A DNA stretch of 64,000 nt from a phage. Made by a program: the position numbers and the translations under genes. Under the pieces are notes generated by a model. The model was not told the origin of the DNA. It worked only from the letters and a program-made list of their open reading frames with translations, and did no database searches. The stretch lies in assembly GCA_022897995.1 (NCBI GenBank), contig GCA_022897995.1_4763.1; one strand, written 5' to 3'. Below are positions 47,183 through 56,092 of the stretch, piece after piece; the first letter of the stretch is position 1; every line of letters starts with the position of its first letter.

Positions 47183-47511
47183 TGAGATTGTTTAAGTATT
47201 CTCTAACGTCAAATTACGATAAACAAGGTCATTGCATCCGTTGCCCTAATTGCCATAGCCATAACATTGAAAGCAAGATCACCGATCATATTGATGGACT
47301 TTGGTCGCCAGCAAGCGAGATAGAATACTATTGCGCTGATTGTGGAATTGTAGTAGCATATTGGGCATACGGATCATATGATCCTTACTTCCAGATGGGA
47401 GAGCGTTCAATCCCTGCTCTTATCTGGAGAATTAAGAACAATATCCGGCATTCATGGGATGAGTTCTTAAAAGATATTGATTTACGTGATGATCCATTCA
47501 GGAGACTATAA
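47182..47511 (+). CDS. zinc-ribbon protein
   Basis: CIRCPNCHSH ... YYCADCG; TAATG overlap with the upstream methyltransferase-like gene. Confidence 0.4.
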   Translation: MRLFKYSLTSNYDKQGHCIRCPNCHSHNIESKITDHIDGLWSPASEIEYYCADCGIVVAYWAYGSYDPYFQMGERSIPALIWRIKNNIRHSWDEFLKDIDLRDDPFRRL

Positions 47512-48028
47512 CATGAACAGATTAACGCCTAAACGCCGTTACTATACCAATACTAAAAACTTTGTCATCTCTGTTTATGAGGCGTGGTTAGAAGATGGAT
47601 ATATCAACATGAACCCAGATTATCAGCGTCCTTTAGTATGGGACACCGAAAACAAACGTATGTTTATCGAAAACCTGATTAATGATTTTCCGGTTGGTGC
47701 TATCGCAATGGCTAAGATTGATGATGGCTCTCGCTATGAGATCGAAATCGTGGACGGTAAACAGCGTTTAAACGCAATATTCTCTTTCATGAAGGATGAG
47801 TTTAGCATTGCTGGTAATGATGATTCTATGCTGTATTACAGCGATTTTACGCCAGCAGAAAAGCGACGTTTCCGAAATCTCGGACTACCAGCGATCATGA
47901 TGGAAGAGAGCACACGAGAAGACCGATTAGAGTATTTCTACAAAACAAACTTTTTCGGTGTGCCTCAATCGGAAGAACATCGCCAGCACGTAATTGCCCT
48001 ATTGCAAGATGAGCAATTAAAAAAATAA
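47477..48028 (+). CDS. DUF262 (ParB/GmrS-N-like) domain protein
   Basis: DYQRPLVW and IVDGKQRLNAI motifs as in DUF262 (DYQR...W, DGQQR); 183 aa stand-alone; overlaps the upstream ORF. Confidence 0.45.
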   Translation: MIYVMIHSGDYNMNRLTPKRRYYTNTKNFVISVYEAWLEDGYINMNPDYQRPLVWDTENKRMFIENLINDFPVGAIAMAKIDDGSRYEIEIVDGKQRLNAIFSFMKDEFSIAGNDDSMLYYSDFTPAEKRRFRNLGLPAIMMEESTREDRLEYFYKTNFFGVPQSEEHRQHVIALLQDEQLKK

Positions 48029-48039
48029 CTAAAAAGTTG

Positions 48040-48100
48040 TTGACATAACAGAGGGTGTATATCATAATACACCCATACCGAAACGAACTACTAAGGAGTA
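48040..48100 (+). promoter_or_regulatory. sigma70-like promoter with inverted repeat over the -10
   Basis: TTGACA 48040-48045, 17 nt spacer, CATAAT 48063-48068; GGGTGTATatcataatACACCC stem; leader ATACCGAAACGAACTACTAAGGAGTATCA. Confidence 0.6.
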
Positions 48101-48104
48101 TCAA

Positions 48105-48317
48105 ATGGCTAACATCGAAATCATCATTACCGACGTAACTTATGACCGCATCAACGAAATCGGTACTGCATTACTGGAAGATGGAACAACTCGTACCATC
48201 AACTACGCAGAATACGTTGAAATGCGCGGTTGGATTAAACGAGTAGGAAAATATATCCTGATTGAAAAAGACTATTCAGGATACACCTTAGAGCAATTGC
48301 TTGATGGTGCATTATAA
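48105..48317 (+). CDS. hypothetical protein
   Basis: 70 aa starting MANIE, the same first five codons as the ORF at 46218. Confidence 0.45.
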   Translation: MANIEIIITDVTYDRINEIGTALLEDGTTRTINYAEYVEMRGWIKRVGKYILIEKDYSGYTLEQLLDGAL

Positions 48318-48324
48318 TAAAAAG

Positions 48325-48352
48325 GGGGCGTTAAGCCCCTTTTTCATAAATA
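48325..48352 (+). terminator. rho-independent terminator
   Basis: AAAGGGGGCgttaaGCCCCTTTTTC hairpin with T-run. Confidence 0.6.
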
Positions 48353-48385
48353 TAGGTTTATAGGTTATCAACTAGAGGATATAAA

Positions 48386-50437
48386 ATGTTTAACTTAGAA
48401 ATCGACGATCTAATGATTGAATCTTTCGAGAAATGGCTGTTGACGGAAGAGGAAGAAAACTTTGGCAGTATTGCTCCGGTACAGTGCTTAAAGCCTAAGC
48501 AGAATCCTAAACAGCTTTTTGCAGTACAGACACGCGATAAAGATGTGATTGTCCGTCTTTGCAACTTCACCAACAAAACACCTAAAATTGTTCGTATGGG
48601 TGACAAGACCGCACATGTTGTACTGTGCGAAATGAACAAAAGCGGTCGTATTGTACAGCTTAAAAATGGTCTAGGCGATAACCCGATTGCAGTTATGGCA
48701 AGTGCTTTTGATGTGGTTATGGAAACAGCCCGTAAAGCGCAATTAGACGCTGTTATGTTCCGTTTTAACGTATCCCGCATGAAAGGTAAGACCGAACTGG
48801 TTAAGCGCGTTATAGAGCGTTTGGTGCGTCGTACACCGAAGTTCGAAGTATTCCAGCAGGAAGTAATGACCAGCAAAAAGATCGCTTTGGTTGTTGTCAA
48901 GCGTCGCGGGATGGCGATTGATAAGATTAAAGGGATTAAACTTGATGATTCCCTGTTCACTAAAGTAGAAAGTGATTTAGGTGATCGCTGGGTATCTAAG
49001 GCTACTGGCGAATCTCTGACTAAAGATGAAGCGTATGCGGCTAGCCTTGCATCAGAAGAAGAACGAAACGCGGAAGCGGAACAACGTGTAGCGGCTAAAT
49101 CTCGTTTGACTAAAGAAGAAATGCTGAAAACTCAAGCGACCTATAACAGCGACTATGTGAATCATCCAGAAAAAATTAATCTTAAACCGGAAGAAGATAT
49201 CACCGAAGCCGAACCTAAGAAACAGTTTAATACTCTGATTGATCGTCAAGCCTTAGAACGTTCAACCGCTCGTTCTCTGAATGACTGGACAAGTGATATT
49301 ATCACTCGCTATGGTTTCATGCGTACTATTTTTGAAAGCGAAGCCGATGCAAAATACGCAGTAAGCGAACTGGTAAAAGTTCAGGACCAATATGATCCGT
49401 TGTCTGCGGAAGTTATCGCAGCATCAATCAAACGCTTAAAAGAAATCATGAATGAAGAAGTGTTTGAAAACAAGATCACCGCCCTAGCAATGGATCGAGT
49501 AGACCAGTCTATGCCAGCAGATGTAAAGGCTGAAATGTTGCGTAGTCACATCACGCAGATTAAAACCGATGCCCTACGTAATGTTGCTTCCGGTATGTTT
49601 GAAGCAATTGCTAGCAACATGGGTGAAATGATGGCAGATATTGATCTTGATCTGCCGGGCGCGGAAGGTTTTGTGTTGAGCGAGTATGCCGATGCAGCAT
49701 ACATCAATATGAACAACTTCCTAACCGACCGTAAGCTGGAAGAGTTTGACGGCATCGCAGATCCAGAAGAATTGGTCAAGATGTGCGATGCACTGGATAA
49801 TGCCTTCTCTAACTATGGCGTTAAACTTGATCCGGGTACTATTCTGTATCGTGGTATGGACTTCCGGTCTCAAATGTGGGAAACTGCACGTAAGCAAAAA
49901 GCGTTTTACTTTAAAAACTATGTGAGCACTTCCCTTGCACCTAACATTTTTGGCGGCTGGAATGCAAACGTGGCTAGTGCCGTTGCTGGTGTTGATTCTA
50001 TGGCTGGATCTCGCGGTGAAGGTGGCGCTAATGTTGCTTTCTCCATTGCTGGCGCGGAAAACATCCCTGTATTGCCAGTAGGTAACAAGGCATTTGCTTA
50101 CAAAGAATGCGAGATTTTACTTCCTCGCGGCGTTGTGTTATCCTTTGATACGGTAACTCGTGCCACGGCATCGACGGATTCACAAGAAACTTATTACATT
50201 GAGGCACATATTATGAACAAAAATGAACTGGCAGCATTACAAGAATCTGGCGAGATGATCGCGGACGGTGATGCATTCATCCGTGAAGGTGTTGTTAAAC
50301 CTGCTTCTGACCTGTCTTTCTCCAGCTTTATTACCGAAGCTAAAACCGAACGTAAGAAAGCAGATAAGGCAACTCTACGTCAGCTTATCGCTGATCTGGT
50401 ATCTGTAGACGCAATGCCAGATAAATTTAAAATGTAA
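48386..50437 (+). CDS. alt: ADP-ribosyltransferase Alt
   Basis: 683 aa (T4 Alt about 682 aa); C-terminal R-S-E motifs: LYRGM, FKNYVSTSLAP, ECEILLPRG; position between 30 and 54. Confidence 0.75.
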   Translation: MFNLEIDDLMIESFEKWLLTEEEENFGSIAPVQCLKPKQNPKQLFAVQTRDKDVIVRLCNFTNKTPKIVRMGDKTAHVVLCEMNKSGRIVQLKNGLGDNPIAVMASAFDVVMETARKAQLDAVMFRFNVSRMKGKTELVKRVIERLVRRTPKFEVFQQEVMTSKKIALVVVKRRGMAIDKIKGIKLDDSLFTKVESDLGDRWVSKATGESLTKDEAYAASLASEEERNAEAEQRVAAKSRLTKEEMLKTQATYNSDYVNHPEKINLKPEEDITEAEPKKQFNTLIDRQALERSTARSLNDWTSDIITRYGFMRTIFESEADAKYAVSELVKVQDQYDPLSAEVIAASIKRLKEIMNEEVFENKITALAMDRVDQSMPADVKAEMLRSHITQIKTDALRNVASGMFEAIASNMGEMMADIDLDLPGAEGFVLSEYADAAYINMNNFLTDRKLEEFDGIADPEELVKMCDALDNAFSNYGVKLDPGTILYRGMDFRSQMWETARKQKAFYFKNYVSTSLAPNIFGGWNANVASAVAGVDSMAGSRGEGGANVAFSIAGAENIPVLPVGNKAFAYKECEILLPRGVVLSFDTVTRATASTDSQETYYIEAHIMNKNELAALQESGEMIADGDAFIREGVVKPASDLSFSSFITEAKTERKKADKATLRQLIADLVSVDAMPDKFKM

Positions 50438-50454
50438 TTTTTAAGAAATAATGG

Positions 50455-50500
50455 TTGACTCAAACGGGGACTAGTTTTATACTAGCCCCGTTTTCTGTTA
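50455..50500 (+). promoter_or_regulatory. sigma70-like promoter overlapping a hairpin with T-run
   Basis: TTGACT 50455-50460, 18 nt spacer, TATACT 50479-50484; ACGGGGACTAGT...ACTAGCCCCGT stem followed by TTTTCTGTT. Confidence 0.5.
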
Positions 50501-50515
50501 TATGGGAGGTTTAAA

Positions 50516-51340
50516 ATGTTCAAACAATTACAGGATTTTCGTCTTTCAGAAGAATCACGCGAATCAATGATGGAACGTATGGATAATTACATAGAAACAT
50601 ATGGCATTGAGGGGATTAATGGTTACATGATCACTGAGATGATCAGCGATCAGATTAATTTTGATGATTATGTGAAGATTATCCGCTTCCTTGAGCGTGA
50701 GACACAAGATTATGGATTTGTCAAGAAAATCATTAATGTGATGTATGAAGTACACTCCGAAGATTTTGGAGATAATGTATTCAAACATTACAAACATAAC
50801 AACATAACCCCAGCAGAATATAATGCAATCTGTGATTATGTGTCTGAACAATACGAATGGGTAAATGGTGCTCTCTTAGGGGAAGAAGACATGACCGACG
50901 AGATATCAGAAATTGTTGATTTGATGGATTGTGTCATGGATAAAACCGAAAAGTTAAACGGTACTCTTTATCGCGGTCAACATCTTGACATTCAGACAAT
51001 AGAGCGTATTATTGAAGATAAGGAATTTACCTTTAAAAACTTTGTGTCAACCAGCATGACACCAATCATCTTTGGAGGCTGGCTTTCAAATAGCACTAGC
51101 CTTTATTGTGAGAATCGATATGAATCCATGACCGGAAAGATGCAACATTCTTGTAATGTATCATGGGTAATTGACGTAAAAGATCATAAAGGTTTTGTTG
51201 TTGGATCAATTGCATGGAATCCTTGCGAATGTGAAGTAATTTTACCGCGCGGGACTTGCATAAAGGTAAACGACGTAGTAGAATCCTTCGGCGATGAGAA
51301 TCGTAGACAATTTACAATTTTCGGTGAGGTGACTAAATGA
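50516..51340 (+). CDS. second ADP-ribosyltransferase, Alt-domain paralog
   Basis: LYRGQ, FKNFVSTSMTPIIFGGW and ECEVILPRG closely mirror the Alt catalytic motifs; 274 aa. Confidence 0.6.
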   Translation: MFKQLQDFRLSEESRESMMERMDNYIETYGIEGINGYMITEMISDQINFDDYVKIIRFLERETQDYGFVKKIINVMYEVHSEDFGDNVFKHYKHNNITPAEYNAICDYVSEQYEWVNGALLGEEDMTDEISEIVDLMDCVMDKTEKLNGTLYRGQHLDIQTIERIIEDKEFTFKNFVSTSMTPIIFGGWLSNSTSLYCENRYESMTGKMQHSCNVSWVIDVKDHKGFVVGSIAWNPCECEVILPRGTCIKVNDVVESFGDENRRQFTIFGEVTK

Positions 51341-51822
51341 AAATGATTAAACTGATTGGTCTTGCGGCTGCATTCATGCTTACTGGTTGTGCTAACATGG
51401 AAGCTATGATGAATGCTAAATCAGATCCGGTTTTCTTGCTTCGTGAATGTAAAGCAGCATATGCAAGCGATGACCAGATCGAATCGTGCTTTATTTCTAA
51501 AATGGAACGTCGAGACGTGGATCGCGTTAAAGTTGGTTTAGCACCACAAACGCAGATGTTCAAAGATGCGATCAAAGAAGCGCGGGAAGAGAAAGCACGA
51601 GAAGAAAAGAAGCGTCAAGAAGAATTGCGCAAACAGAAAGAAGAGTCTATACAACTTGAGAAGATGAAAGCAAGGGATCGTTGTATTATCATGTCTGACA
51701 TGCAGATAGAGCAAGAAGCAAGAAAAGCAGCATTAAACGGTGATTATGACCGTTATGAAGAACTTAACAGCGCAGAATTTCAAGCTAAGGCACTAAAATA
51801 TTGCAATGATTTAGCAAAATAA
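51337..51822 (+). CDS. lipoprotein with charged coiled-coil C-terminus
   Basis: Signal peptide MKMIKLIGLAAAFMLTGC with lipobox LTGC; C-terminal KEAREEKAREEKKRQEELRKQKEE. Confidence 0.5.
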   Translation: MKMIKLIGLAAAFMLTGCANMEAMMNAKSDPVFLLRECKAAYASDDQIESCFISKMERRDVDRVKVGLAPQTQMFKDAIKEAREEKAREEKKRQEELRKQKEESIQLEKMKARDRCIIMSDMQIEQEARKAALNGDYDRYEELNSAEFQAKALKYCNDLAK

Positions 51823-51825
51823 AAA

Positions 51826-51850
51826 GGCGGGGATAATCCCCGCCTTTCGC
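51826..51850. terminator. bidirectional terminator between convergent genes
   Basis: GGCGGGGAtaaTCCCCGCC hairpin flanked by A-run and TTTCGC, between the lipoprotein gene and gene 54. Confidence 0.55.
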
Positions 51851-51853
51851 TTA

Positions 51854-52786
51854 TCAGAACCAGTTAGTGACAGTATTCACCACACGCCCACCAACGCCAT
51901 TTAGACGCGATAAAGCATTACCAGCAGCAGATAACCCACTATCAAGTAAATTGTTGCCGAAAGTGTTTGTTATTGCGTTTATTGCCTTATCCTCAATCCA
52001 TTCTCGCGCAGCTTGCTCTCCTACAGCACCAGTTTGCATAGAACGATATGCAAAAGTAACATCGAATGTTGTGATTTCATTATTGTTTTCATAGGTTAAT
52101 TCCGGTGCACTCACACCAACAGGAACACAACCATTAAACATCATGATCGTGTGAGGTACTCCCATTCGGTTATGTAAGTTGACCTGAATATCTGCTTCAA
52201 CGTCAACAGGAAGCGCACGAAGCCCTGTAACGGGGTCTTCTACTGAGTTAACCCAATCCTGCATTGCTCTATAGTTTGATGCGCTAGAGTCCATTCTAAA
52301 GCTCAATACAAGCGGATCAAAATCACGTCCGGTAATTCGAATGTTTGGCGCATTGTGGTTACGGTCCATTTCATAACTCAATCTGTTTTCTGGAACCTTA
52401 ACAGCATACACCAGAAGACCGCTTGTCTTATATGCCATATTGAACCAGTCAAGCGCATATGTACCAACATCAAATTGCCCCAGAAGAGATTGAACTACGC
52501 GGGATGACATTGCACCTAAAAGATACTTTTTGACACCGGATGAATCAACAGCACGCCTAACACCCTGTACAGCAAGATTTGTTAATGCGTCCGTATAATC
52601 ACCGCGAGTAATCCCGAAATAGTCATTTAATGCATTTGGTATAATATCATATACCGCACCACCCATACTTTCTAGGATCGCTTGTGTCTTATTACTTGGA
52701 GTGGTGGCAAATGCCACGCTGAATAAGTTAGATCGCTGAAAGTCAAGGTTAGCGGCTTGTTCGTTAAAATCATTTAAATCAAACAT
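51854..52786 (-). CDS. 54: baseplate tail tube initiator gp54
   Basis: 310 aa (T4 gp54 about 320 aa); last gene of the 51-27-28-29-48-54 operon. Confidence 0.7.
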   Translation of the reverse strand: MFDLNDFNEQAANLDFQRSNLFSVAFATTPSNKTQAILESMGGAVYDIIPNALNDYFGITRGDYTDALTNLAVQGVRRAVDSSGVKKYLLGAMSSRVVQSLLGQFDVGTYALDWFNMAYKTSGLLVYAVKVPENRLSYEMDRNHNAPNIRITGRDFDPLVLSFRMDSSASNYRAMQDWVNSVEDPVTGLRALPVDVEADIQVNLHNRMGVPHTIMMFNGCVPVGVSAPELTYENNNEITTFDVTFAYRSMQTGAVGEQAAREWIEDKAINAITNTFGNNLLDSGLSAAGNALSRLNGVGGRVVNTVTNWF

Positions 52787-53844
52787 TATACCGCACTCCC
52801 AAATATAGTACCACGGGAAAGTGTCAAGATCTCTCTAAATGATACTTCCAGAACAAATGTACTAGGCAAGTTAGGAGAAATAGCAAGACCATTAAACTTA
52901 CCATCAGGCGACTTGTCCAGACGTACACTTGAGATCTGAGCGGGACCAAATGCATCGCTACGCCCTTCAAATGATGTACGCTTACCGAAGTTAGAGATCA
53001 TCCATATTGTCGGGTTAGATACAGTAATTACGTTTGATAGAAAATCGGTGATCCCTTCAAACAGAGTATCATTTCTCTTCGCTTCCTCTGGAGTGGATTT
53101 TCTCAATAGTGTATTTTTATACCACGCATCAACTTCCGCTTTTAATTCTTTTGCGGTGCTGGAAATACCACTAGAACCATAAGACAATTCTAAAAACGTT
53201 TCGTATATGATCAGAATATTGCGAAGGTCTTCAATACTACGTGGGGTTAGATGCCATACGTAGTTTTTAGTTCGTGCGTCAGCACCCGCATACATGCTTC
53301 GCGCAGTATTATAAATCTGTTCACCGTGATCGGCAAGGTATCCACCAGTAATACTTTCGATACCACCAAAAACGGCAGTAGATGCCATATTAGAAAGAGC
53401 ACCGCCTAAAGTACCACCGCCACGAGAAATAACAGATTCACCAACATCATTAAACTTATGGCTAGCAGCGTCAACGTCAGATTGACTACGAGGAAGAAGA
53501 ATATTAGCAATTGCCTCGCGGTCAAATGCAGCATTTCTCCCTCCCAAATTTAAATCAAAACCAGCGATATTAACACTACCACCAAAACCGCTAGCAACAT
53601 TTTTCTTTTTCCTGAAATCACGCAGCGATCCAGTAGTACGAGATGTGTAATCGTATGCAGTGAATAACAGACCATTATTATATAAGTCGTTGATATAATA
53701 ACCGCTAGCATCATTGCCGCTAGCACGTTCAGCGGGGAATTGAGCGGTTAATGTTTTCCCTTTATTTTTTGAGGTAAAACCAGCGGAGGTTTTAACCCCC
53801 GCTTTAAAGCTATCAACGGCATCATTGATAACACTAATTTTCAT
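52786..53844 (-). CDS. 48: baseplate tail tube cap gp48
   Basis: 352 aa (T4 gp48 about 364 aa); assigned by order and size. Confidence 0.7.
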   Translation of the reverse strand: MKISVINDAVDSFKAGVKTSAGFTSKNKGKTLTAQFPAERASGNDASGYYINDLYNNGLLFTAYDYTSRTTGSLRDFRKKKNVASGFGGSVNIAGFDLNLGGRNAAFDREAIANILLPRSQSDVDAASHKFNDVGESVISRGGGTLGGALSNMASTAVFGGIESITGGYLADHGEQIYNTARSMYAGADARTKNYVWHLTPRSIEDLRNILIIYETFLELSYGSSGISSTAKELKAEVDAWYKNTLLRKSTPEEAKRNDTLFEGITDFLSNVITVSNPTIWMISNFGKRTSFEGRSDAFGPAQISSVRLDKSPDGKFNGLAISPNLPSTFVLEVSFREILTLSRGTIFGSAV

Positions 53845-55577
53845 TAAAAGTTCCCCATATTAATTGTACCGGGGGCATCAATTCTAGTTGTTGGTGCACC
53901 CTGTTTAATAGTTCTATTGTTTGTTACAATTTGTGTATTATTTACGTTTGAGGTCTGATTTGTCGTTTGTTGCTTGATTGCAGCTTGTTTCTGCATTTGT
54001 TCAGTACGTTCCGCTTGTTTTGCTGTTTCCGTTTCAGTTGCCGGAACTGGCTGTGTTTGCACAACACCCTTAGTTTTATCAGCATACATCTCATCAAATT
54101 TTTCAATAAGACGCTCTAACTGAGAACGATCACTTTCAACTAATGTAGGATCTTGAACTTGCTCACGGTAAACATCAATATCCTTTTTCAACTCTCCAAT
54201 TTTTTCTTTGTCATAGTCACCGCTCAAGTTCTCCATAACTTCATTAATATTATTGATCGCGCCCTCGCTTTTAATTCTAAGTTTACGACTAGCAGATCGT
54301 TGTTCAGCAGAAACAGACTCATATTCCCCGCGTTTTAATTCTTCTTGTCTTTTCTCTGCGTCAACATCCTTTTGATCTCGCCAACCCAGACTAACAAGAC
54401 CTTCGTTAACTTTATCCTTAATAGAATCACCGATAGCTTCGCCAATATCACGGGCTTTTCCGGTCCACCCTGTGCGCTCTCCATACTTGTCTTCTTCGTG
54501 TTCAGACTCGACCTTATCCATTAATTCGAGTTCTCTTTCATTTGGCGTATAGCCTTGAGCGACAGCAGATTTTAAAGCACCATATTCTAACTTATCGGCA
54601 TAATCACCCATACCAGGGATCATGCGAAGAATTTTAGCAATACCAGTAGTGATAATTCGATCAAGTTGGATAAAGGTTTTATAGAATGCATCACCAATAC
54701 CCATAACAAGAGATTTAATTAATTCTCCATATTCGCCTTTAGACCAATAATCTCGAACTTGACGAATAGTTGTTAGAATATCACTAATTGGTCCAGCCCA
54801 TTCTCCGGCCTTATCCATAAATTCATCAAATTTTGTTTCGAATAAATCACTCCAATATCTGAAATGAATCATAAGGGTATCAATGGCAAAAACAATACCC
54901 ATCAAAATAGCGCCCCATTTTGCGGCTTCTGCCATAGCGGTCAAGGTGATCTTAAATAACATCCCTAAGACCTTATTAGAGATACCTATGGTTTCTTTAA
55001 ATCCTCCACGAACAACTTTAAGAAGATTTTCCATAGAATCCGCATTGCGCTTATCTGCGGCGTTCTTTTTCTTCCGTTCCTCAACATCTGGTTTTTTCTT
55101 TGGAAGACCTTGATAGTTGTCATTATTAGGATGTTCCGGTACAGTAGGCAAAACTGGCTGAGGTGATGGCATTGTTTGCGGTTGTTCCGGTTTTTTCAGT
55201 GCTTCTTCAATCGCACCAATACCGCTAGCCATTTTACTGACAACACCAAATCTACGTTCCATCATAACACCAAAACCACGTAATTTCTCATTCATCTGAG
55301 AAGAGAAATTATTGAGTTTTTGCAATTCTTCATATGTTTTTTGGGTATTGCCAGCGGTAGATTGTGTATTCTCTGCCGTCAATTCATTGGCTGCGGTGTT
55401 ATCCTCTACAGCACCAACAACTTCATTAGATTTTTGTTCTACTGTCTCCGCCACCAATTCGGTAGCGGCTTGCAAATTATCAATAGAATCAAGTTTATCT
55501 AATTTGTTAAGTTTATCAATCGGGTTTTCTTCCGCTTCCTTGCGCATCCCGCGAAATGATGTTAATGCGTCATTCAT
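53844..55577 (-). CDS. 29: baseplate hub / tail length determinator gp29
   Basis: 577 aa (T4 gp29 about 590 aa); coiled-coil-rich; assigned by order. Confidence 0.7.
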   Translation of the reverse strand: MNDALTSFRGMRKEAEENPIDKLNKLDKLDSIDNLQAATELVAETVEQKSNEVVGAVEDNTAANELTAENTQSTAGNTQKTYEELQKLNNFSSQMNEKLRGFGVMMERRFGVVSKMASGIGAIEEALKKPEQPQTMPSPQPVLPTVPEHPNNDNYQGLPKKKPDVEERKKKNAADKRNADSMENLLKVVRGGFKETIGISNKVLGMLFKITLTAMAEAAKWGAILMGIVFAIDTLMIHFRYWSDLFETKFDEFMDKAGEWAGPISDILTTIRQVRDYWSKGEYGELIKSLVMGIGDAFYKTFIQLDRIITTGIAKILRMIPGMGDYADKLEYGALKSAVAQGYTPNERELELMDKVESEHEEDKYGERTGWTGKARDIGEAIGDSIKDKVNEGLVSLGWRDQKDVDAEKRQEELKRGEYESVSAEQRSASRKLRIKSEGAINNINEVMENLSGDYDKEKIGELKKDIDVYREQVQDPTLVESDRSQLERLIEKFDEMYADKTKGVVQTQPVPATETETAKQAERTEQMQKQAAIKQQTTNQTSNVNNTQIVTNNRTIKQGAPTTRIDAPGTINMGNF

Positions 55578-56092
55578 GATAGGCGATCCAATATGTTAAT
55601 TCCACCATAGATAGTACCTTCCGGTGTATCCAGTGCAATAGTTTTTCTTAATCCTGTAGCCCAATCCATAATAAAAGCTGGGAAATCATGGAAGTCTACG
55701 CTAGGATCGTGATAATGATGACTCAAGAAATCAGCGTCATCGATAATAGGGTCAGAAGTATACATTGGATTTTTAAATTTAAAGACTTTACCATTTAAAG
55801 TAAATTCAGTCTCTGTACAAATATACACATCAGACAGCTTAAGACCATCTTTTTCTTCCAGACACTTACCATTAAACGCACAAAGGTTAAGCATAACCAA
55901 TTCAGACTCGGCAGCGTTTAACCCAGGACAGATTGAATCAAGAAGAATCTTTAATGTTTCATCACAGCTACGAACATCTTTTAATAATCGATGTTGCTTA
56001 ATCCCCATTTTTGGGATCTTGATATGTTTCCCGTTTATCTCTAATTTTTTTACAGGAACAACAAATTTTAACATAGGTTTAGTTTCTGTCAT
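55574..56092 (-). CDS. 28: baseplate hub distal subunit gp28
   Basis: 172 aa (T4 gp28 about 177 aa); assigned by order. Confidence 0.65.
   Translation of the reverse strand: MTETKPMLKFVVPVKKLEINGKHIKIPKMGIKQHRLLKDVRSCDETLKILLDSICPGLNAAESELVMLNLCAFNGKCLEEKDGLKLSDVYICTETEFTLNGKVFKFKNPMYTSDPIIDDADFLSHHYHDPSVDFHDFPAFIMDWATGLRKTIALDTPEGTIYGGINILDRLS

Noticed and set aside
36512-50500. CRISPR array suggested by repeated GC-rich palindromic elements
   Set aside because: The repeats are not regularly spaced, each contains -35 and -10 hexamers and precedes an ORF, and the intervening sequences are protein-coding rather than spacer-sized.
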